IMG/VR virus record: IMGVR_UViG_3300045988_174111
Location: 1-64,000 of that record
Reading direction: 5' to 3' (one strand)
Source of the DNA: a virus
DNA length: 64,000 nucleotides
Numbering within the stretch: position 1 is the stretch's first letter; the number at the start of each line of letters is the position of its first letter. A program made the translations under genes and the position numbers. Shown piece after piece: positions 1 to 8,375 of this stretch. The notes below the pieces were generated by a model. The model saw only the letters and a list, made by a program, of their open reading frames with translations, was not told the origin of the DNA and did not search any database.

Positions 1-365
1 AATGTCAAATCAAAAAAAACAATTAAAGTCAGAATAGATGAGTAGAAATACAAAAACTAAAATTTGAACACCTAAATAACGTTGTGGAATCAAAAAAGTT
101 TTTTCTCATTTACATTTCTCCTAACAGCATCGGCTGCGACAGCAGCCTCTCAGGGCGAAGTCCATCGAAGATGACGAAGCCTGTAAATTCCGAACGCAGT
201 GAGGTGTGTTTTCGACGTGAAAATGACTTCTTAAAATTTCCGTTCGGGACTCTAACTTGTATTTCTATTGAAACTTCTATTGTACTAATATATATTGATA
301 CACAAATTTTCGAGTCCGTGAGTCTTCCCTATTTTATGGGGATTCTTCTCCCACAAATTTTGTTT

Positions 366-557
366 TATAAAAAGGGGTTTGAGCGCAATAAAAACAGGGG
401 TCTAAGGGGTTATAAAAAGGGGTTTGAGCGCAATAAAAAGGGGTTTGAGCGCGTCGACAAATTTATAAACAGGCTTTTAAGCGCAGTTAATTTACAGTCT
501 TAATTCGAAGCCAAGCCTGTTTTTAAAGGGGTTGATATGACTTTACCCTGTTTATAA
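366..557. repeat. Iteron cluster, putative origin of replication upstream of the rep-like gene
   Basis: The 29-nt TATAAAAAGGGGTTTGAGCGCAATAAAAA is exact at 366-394 and 411-439. A third exact 18-nt core AAAAAGGGGTTTGAGCGC lies at 435-452. Degenerate copies at ~391-411, 467-484 and 524-536. Inverted TTATAAACAGG at 463-473 / 547-557. Confidence 0.75.
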
Positions 558-567
558 TTTTTCCCGT

Positions 568-575
568 TATATTTG
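568..575 (+). promoter_or_regulatory. Bacteroidota-type -7 box TATATTTG upstream of rep-like gene
   Basis: Exact TAnnTTTG match 25 nt upstream of the ATG at 600. No clean -33 TTTG. Confidence 0.4.
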
Positions 576-599
576 TGTGGAAATTAAACATTATACGAT

Positions 600-1412
600 A
601 TGAAAAGAAATAAAGGAATCATTCAATCGAACTTGGCGACCTTTGGCGTTTATAAGTTCACATCTTGGCAAATGAACTGTTTGGTTCATCTTGTCGAACA
701 GTTGCAACCTGCTATGTCCCGTGATGTTGACTGGCTGAACGCTGACTTGAAAGTTTTTCAAGAAACTCTTCCCCTGGATGAGAACGGTAATCTTCTCATT
801 CCTATACAAATGAATGAGATTGATAAACACCACCATGGCTCTATCGTTCTCAACGAAATAAAGAAGATGTTCAAACAAACGATTAAATACAACTTTACCA
901 ACGAACAGGGTAAATTGGTTCGGAGGGAGTGTTATCTTATCTCTACGATGGATATTGACGAGGATGACAACATCGTGTTGGGAATGCCTGTTACAAGTTT
1001 ACGTTGGCTTCTATATTATGGTAAGGGAATAGGAGGCACAATCTACGACAAGAAGTCTGTCGTCTCAATGAATGGCGTCTATGCCAAGCGTATTTTCATG
1101 ATGTTGAGCCGTTGGAAGGACAAACGTATCTTCTCAATGAAGATTTCCGAACTTATGGATGAACTCCAAACTCCGGAATATAGCGTTCAAGATTTTGAAC
1201 GGTTCGTTTTAAAGACCGCTTTTCGGGAAATGATTAACAACCTCAACTCGGTTCTACAGTTTAAATACTCCCTTTCCTATACAGGCACGAAAGTCGGAAA
1301 AGGAAAGCGAGGATTCGATACTGTCACGTTTAAAGTGTATGATAAACTTTCTGAGGCTCAAATGGAAGAATTCCTAACAGACTCATGGAGTAACAGAATA
1401 AATGCTATCTAA
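600..1412 (+). CDS. Rep_3/RepB-like iteron-binding replication initiator (putative)
   Basis: N-terminus IIQSNLATFGVYKFTSWQMNCLVHLVEQL and C-terminal half YAKRIFMMLSRW..ISELMDEL..FERFVLKTAFREMIN resemble plasmid Rep_3 initiators. Sits directly downstream of the iterons. Confidence 0.6.
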   Translation: MKRNKGIIQSNLATFGVYKFTSWQMNCLVHLVEQLQPAMSRDVDWLNADLKVFQETLPLDENGNLLIPIQMNEIDKHHHGSIVLNEIKKMFKQTIKYNFTNEQGKLVRRECYLISTMDIDEDDNIVLGMPVTSLRWLLYYGKGIGGTIYDKKSVVSMNGVYAKRIFMMLSRWKDKRIFSMKISELMDELQTPEYSVQDFERFVLKTAFREMINNLNSVLQFKYSLSYTGTKVGKGKRGFDTVTFKVYDKLSEAQMEEFLTDSWSNRINAI

Positions 1413-1947
1413 TATGGGCAAAGAAGAAACTTTAACCGTACTAAATCTTCAAGCAGAAAATGACCGTTTGACAAAACGAATATTTTTCCTTGAAAGAGAA
1501 AACCGAGAACTTAATAAGGAAATATCAGAATTTTCTGAAAGAGAAAAACAGCTTCTTCAAGAAATTAATTCATTAGAATTTGAACTTGAAGAAGCAAATA
1601 AGGGTAAACTTCCAAAAATTTCTTCACAGCCTTCAAAAACTGTTGAAGATTTTCTCTCCCCTAAAGTTAACACAGGAACTGGTCTTGACAGGTCTGGAAA
1701 AGGTTTAGAAGAGGAATGGGAAGACTTTATGTATGCTTATACAGATGAAATTTTCATTGATTCAGATAAGCCAGATGTCATCCTTTATAAGGATGAATCA
1801 GATAAATGCTACACAACTCCAACAGGTGGAACAAGACTTCCCTTCCCTATTTTAAAAGAAGACCTTGAGAGATATAATATACTGAAAGTTCGACCGCTTA
1901 CAGAGGAGGAATTGACCGAGGTATGTAAAGAATACAATTTGCTATGA
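1402..1947 (+). CDS. Hypothetical protein, N-terminal coiled coil
   Basis: ORF overlaps the rep stop by 11 nt. Heptad-like E/L/N-rich N-terminus (LQAENDRLTKRIFFLERENRELNKEISEFSEREKQLLQEINSLEFELEE). Confidence 0.6.
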   Translation: MLSNMGKEETLTVLNLQAENDRLTKRIFFLERENRELNKEISEFSEREKQLLQEINSLEFELEEANKGKLPKISSQPSKTVEDFLSPKVNTGTGLDRSGKGLEEEWEDFMYAYTDEIFIDSDKPDVILYKDESDKCYTTPTGGTRLPFPILKEDLERYNILKVRPLTEEELTEVCKEYNLL

Positions 1948-2378
1948 ACAAAAAAATTTTAGAAATCTTAGAAAAGGATTTTGAAGAACTGAACAAATCA
2001 GAGCTTCAAATTCTTAGGAATGAAACTAGAAAAATCCAAGGTATTCAGGGGCGAATCGAAAATGATTCATTACTTGATTCTTACCTGAATTTAAAGAGAA
2101 AGCATGTTACGAACCTGGAACAGGTTTTAGTGTCTCCTAAATTATCTGAAGTTGACTTTGGGCCATTTTTAGGCAAACAAACTGTTTTAAATAAAGTTGT
2201 TGTTCCTACATTTGAGTCGGTAAATAAGCCATTTAAGCGAAAATTTTACATTGATGGATATATTTATTTACCTGTATTGACTGTATCGTATTTAGAGGAT
2301 AAAACTGAAGTCATTTGTTTGTCACCCGAAGGGGAGTTTTGTAAAATAAATAATAAGGAACTCAATTTTGAAATATGA
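1944..2378 (+). CDS. Hypothetical protein
   Basis: ATGA start/stop overlap with the upstream ORF. Last gene of the short plus-strand operon. Confidence 0.55.
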   Translation: MNKKILEILEKDFEELNKSELQILRNETRKIQGIQGRIENDSLLDSYLNLKRKHVTNLEQVLVSPKLSEVDFGPFLGKQTVLNKVVVPTFESVNKPFKRKFYIDGYIYLPVLTVSYLEDKTEVICLSPEGEFCKINNKELNFEI

Positions 2379-2380
2379 AA

Positions 2381-2406
2381 AATGGCGGAGTAAATACCCC
2401 GCCATT
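2381..2406. terminator. Hairpin at convergence of plus and minus transcription units
   Basis: AATGGCGG (2381-2388) pairs with CCGCCATT (2399-2406), 10-nt loop. Lies 3 nt after the stop of 1944..2378. Confidence 0.55.
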
Positions 2407-2452
2407 CCCGTCAAACAACAAATCAAAGCATGAAAAACAAAATGTCCAAGGG

Positions 2453-2728
2453 TCACTTCCCTCTGACGACAGTAATATAACGGTCATACATGGCTTCCCA
2501 GTTCTTTTCGATGTATTTGCATTTCTGAGAAAAGGATTTTTCAAGTAGAATTCCAAGATTTTGAAATACTCCACTTTTAATGACAGGGTCTTTCATTTTT
2601 AGAAAAATTCCTTCATCGGTTACGAAACCTATTTCTTCACCCTTGTATAGAAGCTGGGCATAATCAGGAGTTGGCATTCCCGCACCTCCTTTTATCTTTG
2701 TTTTAACTATTTCTATTGGAGCTATCAT
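2453..2728 (-). CDS. Hypothetical protein
   Basis: 91-aa ORF. Its ATG overlaps (ATGA) the stop of the upstream open frame. Confidence 0.6.
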   Translation of the reverse strand: MIAPIEIVKTKIKGGAGMPTPDYAQLLYKGEEIGFVTDEGIFLKMKDPVIKSGVFQNLGILLEKSFSQKCKYIEKNWEAMYDRYITVVRGK

Positions 2729-3013
2729 AGTTTACCCTCCTTTTCTTTAAGTTTTAATCTAAATGGATGCATTTCCCACAGTATTTGAGCGTGTTCTTTT
2801 ACCCAATTAACCGCATATCTGTGGTCTTTCGGGTCTTTTATTCTCAAAAGAACGTTATTAGGAACACAGTATAGAAGTATCTCGGACGCACCGTAAACCG
2901 AAGCAATAGACTCTCCTTTAAAATAAATGGTTGAGGAAACCTGTTCCCCAGAAGCTCTTTGTAGCTTACTGAGCTTATTGTTTTTTCTTAGATGTAAATT
3001 TTATCTTATTCAT
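2725..3013 (-). pseudogene. Hypothetical ~95-aa gene interrupted by a 1-nt insertion in an A6 run (T6 on plus strand, 2981-2986)
   Basis: The ATG at 3013 gives MNKIKFTSKKKQ then a stop. An ATG-less frame stays open for ~85 codons down to a TGA overlapping the next ATG. Removing one A from the run joins the two frames. Confidence 0.6.
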
Positions 3014-3025
3014 AATTTCTTCGAA

Positions 3026-3331
3026 TTAATAGTTAGCTACTTTTTGTCTTGTATTGGCGATGAAATGTTTATTAGAGCCTTTCAACTTTATTTCGCCTAA
3101 ATTTTCCCAATCACCGTTTGACCAGAACTTAGTAATGCATGAGCCTACATATTTGTCAAGATTAGCCTTAATAAGTTTCTTTTCAGGAGCTATTGAGCTA
3201 AAAGTAAAGGTGTCTTTTGTTTCTGATAATTCGACCTCCTTCCATACATATTTACCATTTTCAAGAACTCGTCTTTCGTCAAAAACTGTATAGGTAACTG
3301 ACTCGCTGAAATAAACTGTAACTGTTTTCAT
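3026..3331 (-). CDS. Hypothetical protein
   Basis: 101-aa ORF 27 nt downstream of a consensus promoter. Confidence 0.65.
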   Translation of the reverse strand: MKTVTVYFSESVTYTVFDERRVLENGKYVWKEVELSETKDTFTFSSIAPEKKLIKANLDKYVGSCITKFWSNGDWENLGEIKLKGSNKHFIANTRQKVANY

Positions 3332-3357
3332 AACTTTCTTTCTTTTGATTGACGGTA

Positions 3358-3388
3358 CAAAGGTAGTGCATTGAAATGAATATCCAAA
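3358..3388 (-). promoter_or_regulatory. Bacteroidota sigma-A type promoter (TTTG-N19-TACCTTTG)
   Basis: Minus strand: -33 TTTG at 3385-3388, -7 TACCTTTG at 3358-3365, spacer exactly 19 nt. Confidence 0.7.
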
Positions 3389-3392
3389 GAAA

Positions 3393-3413
3393 AACCCCGA
3401 AAATTTCGGGGTT
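3393..3413 (-). terminator. Intrinsic terminator after 3435..4085
   Basis: AACCCCG/CGGGGTT stem with an A/T loop, followed on the minus strand by a T-run. Confidence 0.65.
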
Positions 3414-3434
3414 ATAAATATTTGATAAAATTTC

Positions 3435-4085
3435 TTAAGAAGAAACAGTGACAGTAATTTGATATTCTATCAATTTCGTTCCATCAGATTTTTTTAAAAT
3501 TAGATGCAAAATATCCCCATTTTTCATATTATTGAATCTTATAACATTATGGAGATAATCCCCATTATATTTGAATTGAGGAGCTTGATAAAAAAAGGCA
3601 TATCCATTATTTTCAGAATCAATATTATGATAATATTGAGTTTCATGAGCTTCAGAATTTCTCCAAAATTCAAGCTGAGGCCCATCTCCAACCACAAATT
3701 CTTTTTTAATTAATAAAATTGGGTTTACCCCCATGTTTATGTCTTTTTCACTGTCAAAATATCTTAGTTCGGCCATCATATTAATCGTTGGAGCTCCATT
3801 TAAAATAGAAAAGGAAGCTTGATTATCGGCTACAGTATTTCTTGAATTTAAGAATACGGCAGCACCGTAAAGAGTATTTTTGAGGTTACCCCAAACATTT
3901 ATACCCAATTCAAATAAAAATGGAACGCCTGTTTCCATTGCTTCTACCGAACGGGTGATTCCACCTCCGGACACGTTTAATGTCGTTTGTTTATCCTGAA
4001 AAGCAGTATTCACTGCTGCTGTCGTTGTTACAGTTCCACCACCAGTTCCTGAATCTGGTGTGGCAGTAATGAAATCTTTTTGCAT
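3435..4085 (-). CDS. Hypothetical protein, Gly/Thr-rich N-terminus
   Basis: 216-aa ORF with its own promoter and terminator. N-terminus PDSGTGGGTVTTTAAVN. No recognisable catalytic motif. Confidence 0.65.
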   Translation of the reverse strand: MQKDFITATPDSGTGGGTVTTTAAVNTAFQDKQTTLNVSGGGITRSVEAMETGVPFLFELGINVWGNLKNTLYGAAVFLNSRNTVADNQASFSILNGAPTINMMAELRYFDSEKDINMGVNPILLIKKEFVVGDGPQLEFWRNSEAHETQYYHNIDSENNGYAFFYQAPQFKYNGDYLHNVIRFNNMKNGDILHLILKKSDGTKLIEYQITVTVSS

Positions 4086-4116
4086 AATTCTTAAAATTTA
4101 ATATTAAACTTTTGAG

Positions 4117-4148
4117 CAAAAATATAAAAAGTGAGCGTTTTTTACAAA
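4117..4148 (-). promoter_or_regulatory. Bacteroidota-type promoter (TTTG-N20-TATTTTTG)
   Basis: -7 TATTTTTG at 4117-4124, -33 TTTG at 4145-4148, 32 nt upstream of the ATG at 4085. Confidence 0.55.
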
Positions 4149-4170
4149 TTAGATAAAACGCTCACTTTTT
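4126..4170 (-). terminator. Long hairpin terminator after 4176..5129
   Basis: AAAAAGTGAGCGTTTT (4126-4141) is the exact reverse complement of AAAACGCTCACTTTTT (4155-4170). GC core of 7 bp. Confidence 0.6.
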
Positions 4171-4175
4171 ATATT

Positions 4176-5129
4176 TTACAAAAGAACAGCCCAATTCTCT
4201 AAGAAGCCTTCGAGTTCGTGAACGGAAACGAGGCTGTAATAATTGATTTTCTTAGAAAGCTTTTCATGGATATAGGAGAGTGATTCAAGTGAGCTTCTAA
4301 ATCCAAAAATTGGCTTAGGAATTAAACATGACGCATCGATTGCCATACCGTTATGTTCGTACGAATAATTTACCAAGAAATATGTAGACCACGAATATTT
4401 CTTCATAATTAGATTATATTCTGGGTCTGGACATTTTGCGTCTGAATACAGGGTTTCCCCACTAAGGGGTGATATTGGTTGATAATGAACGATTGAGATG
4501 TCATAATCGCCAATTACAAATTGTGAACATAAAGATTTGAGATATTCAATTGGTTCCTTTTCAGAGGGAACATGAAATTCCTTCCTGTATAAGAAAGGCC
4601 GAATCTTAGTATCCTTTGGCTTGATTAAACAGGTAACTACACAGAAACCAGTCTTGAGTTCATTCGTGATTTTAGTCTGTGAAATCTGATATCCAGGGAT
4701 AGGGCAATCCGTAAATTCTCTGGTGTCTTCTTCACTGTCGGGGTTATTGATTTCCCCAATTGCACTGTAAATTTTCCCACCACTGACAAGTGCTGGAATC
4801 CAAGCTGTTCTGTTTTCGTTTTCATCGCTTATTCTAGCCCAAATCATTTTTTCCGGTTCAGGTTTTTTATTCTCAGGATATTTGTGAGGGCAATTTCTAC
4901 AGCCCTTGCCACAGGTTTCAGACGTTTCTTCGAAACAGAAATCAGGAAATTTCGAAGATTGAGATACCGCATGTAGAGGATGACCTGTAACCCCCATTAT
5001 GGTGAGGTGTGCTTTGAACAAATCAAACATTTTGTTTGCATCGATACTCATTGAAGCATCAACTTCTTGATAAAAACTTCTCACGACGTCATTTTCGTCA
5101 GAAAAAATAAATTTGTAAGTTACTTTCAT
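4176..5129 (-). CDS. Hypothetical protein with Cys cluster
   Basis: 317-aa ORF containing CFEETSETCGKGCRNCPHK, a possible metal site. Confidence 0.65.
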   Translation of the reverse strand: MKVTYKFIFSDENDVVRSFYQEVDASMSIDANKMFDLFKAHLTIMGVTGHPLHAVSQSSKFPDFCFEETSETCGKGCRNCPHKYPENKKPEPEKMIWARISDENENRTAWIPALVSGGKIYSAIGEINNPDSEEDTREFTDCPIPGYQISQTKITNELKTGFCVVTCLIKPKDTKIRPFLYRKEFHVPSEKEPIEYLKSLCSQFVIGDYDISIVHYQPISPLSGETLYSDAKCPDPEYNLIMKKYSWSTYFLVNYSYEHNGMAIDASCLIPKPIFGFRSSLESLSYIHEKLSKKINYYSLVSVHELEGFLENWAVLL

Positions 5130-5151
5130 AATTTTGTTATTTAAAGATTAA

Positions 5152-5508
5152 TTATTCAACGTCACTTTCGTAAGTTATTTGGTATATTTCCCCATCAATA
5201 TATTTATACGCTAAAGTTTCATTTTCTATCTGAATAATTTGACATTCTACAGAATTAAATGAAATTATTCGGATTGTCTTTTCGAACTTTTCAATATACA
5301 AAGTTGATTTATTATTTCCTGTTCCACTCCAATAAAGGTCAGCAGAATATTTACTTCCCATTTTGAATTGAAAGAAATGAAACCAAGACACAATATTCCA
5401 AAACAAATTAATTTGTCCAGAATCTTTGAAAAAGAAATATTGTTCCTTAAATATGATTCTATACCATAATTTCAGAAACCACGATAAATGGAACTTTTTA
5501 ATTAGCAT
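5152..5508 (-). CDS. Hypothetical protein
   Basis: ORF track gives 5152..5559. The start at Met18 (MLIKKF, ATG 5506-5508) limits the overlap with the upstream gene to 7 nt. Confidence 0.5.
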   Translation of the reverse strand: MLIKKFHLSWFLKLWYRIIFKEQYFFFKDSGQINLFWNIVSWFHFFQFKMGSKYSADLYWSGTGNNKSTLYIEKFEKTIRIISFNSVECQIIQIENETLAYKYIDGEIYQITYESDVE

Positions 5509-6104
5509 GACTTTGCTTTTTGATTTAATTCTGCGCGAATATTTTCTATCGTGTCGCATAAATTACTACTGTTTTTATTATTTTTCTCGTTCAGCTTACA
5601 ATAAACTTCATAAGCTTCCGGAAATTCATTTTTGAGTTTCTTTGGAGTGAAAGTTGTATTCTCCATGAGGCACGATAATCTACCCTTTATAGAAGCCTTT
5701 TCTGTTTCTAACTTTAGAAATTCTTCAATTTTAGAAACAGTATCTGCGTTTGAAATTGAAGCTACCCACTTAGAAACTTCATCGCTCCCTCCTTTATAAA
5801 ATTTCGTAGGGAAGGGAATTTTTCTTGAAAATTTCAAATAACACGAAATAGAAGAAATGACCTTCCCGTTTGGGAAAAATTGTTTTGGAAAATAATAAGA
5901 AGACAAGTACAGCGAATCCCCTGAATAGAAATAGTCGGGGTGGGCTTCAAAAGTCTTCAGGACATCTTCAGAAGTTTCGTCAAGTAATTGTTTTTCAACA
6001 AGTGAACTCAATTCGCTGACTACTTTTTCAATCTTTTTGCCGAATTGAACTTTTATAAGTTCATTCACAATTTCCTTTTTCTTTGTAATAGTTATTACTG
6101 CCAT
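5502..6104 (-). CDS. Hypothetical protein
   Basis: 200-aa ORF in the tandem minus-strand array. Confidence 0.6.
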   Translation of the reverse strand: MAVITITKKKEIVNELIKVQFGKKIEKVVSELSSLVEKQLLDETSEDVLKTFEAHPDYFYSGDSLYLSSYYFPKQFFPNGKVISSISCYLKFSRKIPFPTKFYKGGSDEVSKWVASISNADTVSKIEEFLKLETEKASIKGRLSCLMENTTFTPKKLKNEFPEAYEVYCKLNEKNNKNSSNLCDTIENIRAELNQKAKSC

Positions 6105-6119
6105 AATTTTTATTTTAGA

Positions 6120-6857
6120 TTATTTACTGTTTACACCATACCCAAATAAAGCAAAATCACATTTACAGGGGTCTAATGGGAAGACCTCCCGACATTTAGT
6201 TGTAAGGCTGAGAACTGTATCCATATTATCACCTTTGTCCGTTATGAGACCCAATTGACGGCCAATGTTGGAAACATGAGTATCAAGTGGAATTAGAAGC
6301 TGGGAGGTTGGAACGAAACTCCATATTCCTAAATCAACTGGGCTGTTTTTTCTTACCATCCAACGTAAAAACATATTTAGACGTTTACAGGCGGATTTTG
6401 AATCCTGGGGAATACCTTTCACTCCAGGGAACAATTTTATTAAAGCATCGAGATAATCTGTTCCTCCTACTGTTCGAATATAATTCTTTGACAGGGCTTC
6501 TTCCATATCTTCATTTTCATCATAAATTGTTTTAAGAGCCTTACATAGTTCGGCGAAGTCCTTCCATTTAAAGAAACGGTACATGGTTTCTTCAGAATCA
6601 ATGTATTTTCGCCAAATCATATTCTTGATATACATGTAAGGCGTATAAAACTCCATTTCAGAAAATAATTTTTCACATGTTGAAAGAATTGCCTTTCTGT
6701 TACCGTATGCAAGCCAAGCTGAAATGAACCCAACTATTTCTTGGGAACATTTGTATGAAAAGCGTCTTGGAAATTGAACAGGGTCGTCATTCACGAATTC
6801 TGACTTTTCATACTGTTCAGCAAGCTTTACTAATTGATTTTTCAATTTAATATCCAT
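6120..6857 (-). CDS. TIGR02757 / DUF2400 family protein
   Basis: Family-typical motifs: ISAWLAYGNRK, KRLNMFLRWMVRK, PLDTHV, CDFALFGYGV. Confidence 0.75.
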   Translation of the reverse strand: MDIKLKNQLVKLAEQYEKSEFVNDDPVQFPRRFSYKCSQEIVGFISAWLAYGNRKAILSTCEKLFSEMEFYTPYMYIKNMIWRKYIDSEETMYRFFKWKDFAELCKALKTIYDENEDMEEALSKNYIRTVGGTDYLDALIKLFPGVKGIPQDSKSACKRLNMFLRWMVRKNSPVDLGIWSFVPTSQLLIPLDTHVSNIGRQLGLITDKGDNMDTVLSLTTKCREVFPLDPCKCDFALFGYGVNSK

Positions 6858-6862
6858 CTGAT

Positions 6863-7303
6863 TTATTTTAAAATTTCCTTGATTCTTTCTTTTTTAATTA
6901 AACGTTTCATCAACTCTCCATCGGCAGAAAAAAGCGAAGATATTCGAAGAAGTTCTTCGTAAGTGGATACAGGCTTGTCTGTGTAAAGTTTTGTTTCCGT
7001 TATCCATTGAGGCTTCATAATCCAAACATCTCCTGTTCCTTCCTTTTCTACAATAGTGAGAACGGAATCATTCTTGATTTTATTGAAATTTTTAAATTGA
7101 GCAAGACGAAATGTGAATTTTATCCCATTACTGCCTATCAAGTAATTGCTTCGGGGATTTTCAATTTTTGAAATATTAATCAATTTTCCTTTAAACCAAC
7201 GATTGACAAAATCGATATGTAGGAAAATATTCAAGATTTGTGGCTTGTAAATGATACAAGCTGTTCCGTCTTCCCAAGGAAGTTGTGGTTTTTCCGTTTT
7301 CAT
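6863..7303 (-). CDS. Hypothetical protein
   Basis: Track ORF starts at 7354, but that extension covers the promoter -7 box. Start taken at MKTEKPQ (ATG 7301-7303). Confidence 0.6.
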   Translation of the reverse strand: MKTEKPQLPWEDGTACIIYKPQILNIFLHIDFVNRWFKGKLINISKIENPRSNYLIGSNGIKFTFRLAQFKNFNKIKNDSVLTIVEKEGTGDVWIMKPQWITETKLYTDKPVSTYEELLRISSLFSADGELMKRLIKKERIKEILK

Positions 7304-7324
7304 ACTAATTGATTTTTGATTGAG

Positions 7325-7355
7325 CAAATATACTGTGAAGTAAGCGAAATGCAAA
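7325..7355 (-). promoter_or_regulatory. Bacteroidota-type promoter (TTTG-N19-TATATTTG)
   Basis: -7 box at 7325-7332, -33 at 7352-7355. Confidence 0.7.
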
Positions 7356-7393
7356 GAAAAATTCTTTAAATTTCACGGAATAAAATAATAAAA

Positions 7394-7421
7394 GGGTGGC
7401 CTCTTTGTATAAAGGCCACCC
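7394..7421 (-). terminator. Intrinsic terminator after the HU gene
   Basis: GGGTGGCC/GGCCACCC stem, followed on the minus strand by a T-rich tract. Confidence 0.7.
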
Positions 7422-7449
7422 CAAAGAAAATTAGCATTCACCCTGTAAA

Positions 7450-7749
7450 TTATTTCTTTTTACCCTTTTTAGGAGCCGGAGCAGAAACTTCCTTAATCGT
7501 CTTCGAGGCTTTGAAGGCCAGCGTACGAGATTCCGGAACATTCATAGGTTTCTGAGTTAACGGGTTGATTCCGGTTTTTGCCGGATTGATTTTCTGCTTG
7601 AATTTACCGAACGGCAGGCTGATTTCATCACCTTCTTCAATACAAGTCTTAACAATGACCGGACTCAAAGCGTCAATAACTTTTTCGGTATCACGCTGGC
7701 TCATACCAGCTTCTTTAGCAACTGCGGCTACAAATTCTGATTTTCTCAT
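7450..7749 (-). CDS. hup: HU/IHF-family DNA-binding protein
   Basis: MRKSEFVAAVAKEAGMSQRDTEKVIDAL...FGKFKQKINPAKTGINPLTQKPMNVPESRTLAFKASK shows the typical HU fold signature including the beta-arm. Confidence 0.9.
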   Translation of the reverse strand: MRKSEFVAAVAKEAGMSQRDTEKVIDALSPVIVKTCIEEGDEISLPFGKFKQKINPAKTGINPLTQKPMNVPESRTLAFKASKTIKEVSAPAPKKGKKK

Positions 7750-7828
7750 GTTAGAAATTTTTAATTAAATGAAATTTATAATATGTATTAATAACGTCTT
7801 TTTCGTAGATAGGTTTAATTTCTTTCCC

Positions 7829-8371
7829 TTAAATTAAGGGAGTATTCCGTTTGTTAACAAAAACAGAAGACAATTTATCACTATTTGCTCCGCAAATTTC
7901 AAGAAAGCGAAATGCAAGATTTACGAGAAAAGCTCTGTCTTTATTTCGTTGATAGGCAGCTTTTTTCTTAATGACGGACATCACTTTTGCAATTTTTAAC
8001 CCGTTATTGAGAGTTAAATAATCATGGCTAAACTCTGATACAGCCCATACATTTACCAAAACGTTTCCCCATTTGAAAACGTATGGTTTATGTTTCCACG
8101 TAACTTTGTCCATTCTATATTCCGCACCATGAAGATAAGCTTCAACAGTGTTCTCTTTGTAGAAAGAATTCTTTTGTGAATCTGATAACATTCTAAAAAT
8201 TTCTTCCTGTTCTGGCGTACATTTTGCCTCTATATCAATGTCATGAGGCTCGTCGTTTTCCATCCCTAGTTCACTTAATGCTAAGGAACCTACGATTAAG
8301 AATTCAATTGAGTTTTTATCAAAGATTTTTTCTCGTAAATCCTTGATAGTTTGTTTAATGGATTCGTTCAT
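7829..8371 (-). CDS. Minimal nucleotidyltransferase-fold protein (putative)
   Basis: FLIVGSLALSELG...HDIDIE matches the G[SG]-x(9-13)-DxD NTase core. Confidence 0.45.
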   Translation of the reverse strand: MNESIKQTIKDLREKIFDKNSIEFLIVGSLALSELGMENDEPHDIDIEAKCTPEQEEIFRMLSDSQKNSFYKENTVEAYLHGAEYRMDKVTWKHKPYVFKWGNVLVNVWAVSEFSHDYLTLNNGLKIAKVMSVIKKKAAYQRNKDRAFLVNLAFRFLEICGANSDKLSSVFVNKRNTPLI

Positions 8372-8375
8372 ACAA

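Noticed and set aside
121-250. GC-richer stretch with hairpin GGCTGC-GACA-GCAGCC, three CGAAG repeats and a CCGAACG/CGTTCGG long-range pair, considered as a small RNA gene
   Set aside because: I could identify no promoter, terminator or known RNA-family features by eye. It may simply be part of the origin region or the truncated end of an upstream element at the window edge.
366-452. Direct repeats considered as a mini CRISPR array
   Set aside because: There are only three copies, with irregular 45- and 21-bp spacing and overlapping flanks, and no cas genes. The array sits immediately upstream of a Rep-like gene, so iterons fit better.
84-503. 139-aa plus-strand ORF from the ORF track
   Set aside because: It runs straight through the iteron array, and its KKGFERNK repeats are just translated DNA repeats. 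It has no promoter or start context. I treat it as non-coding origin DNA.
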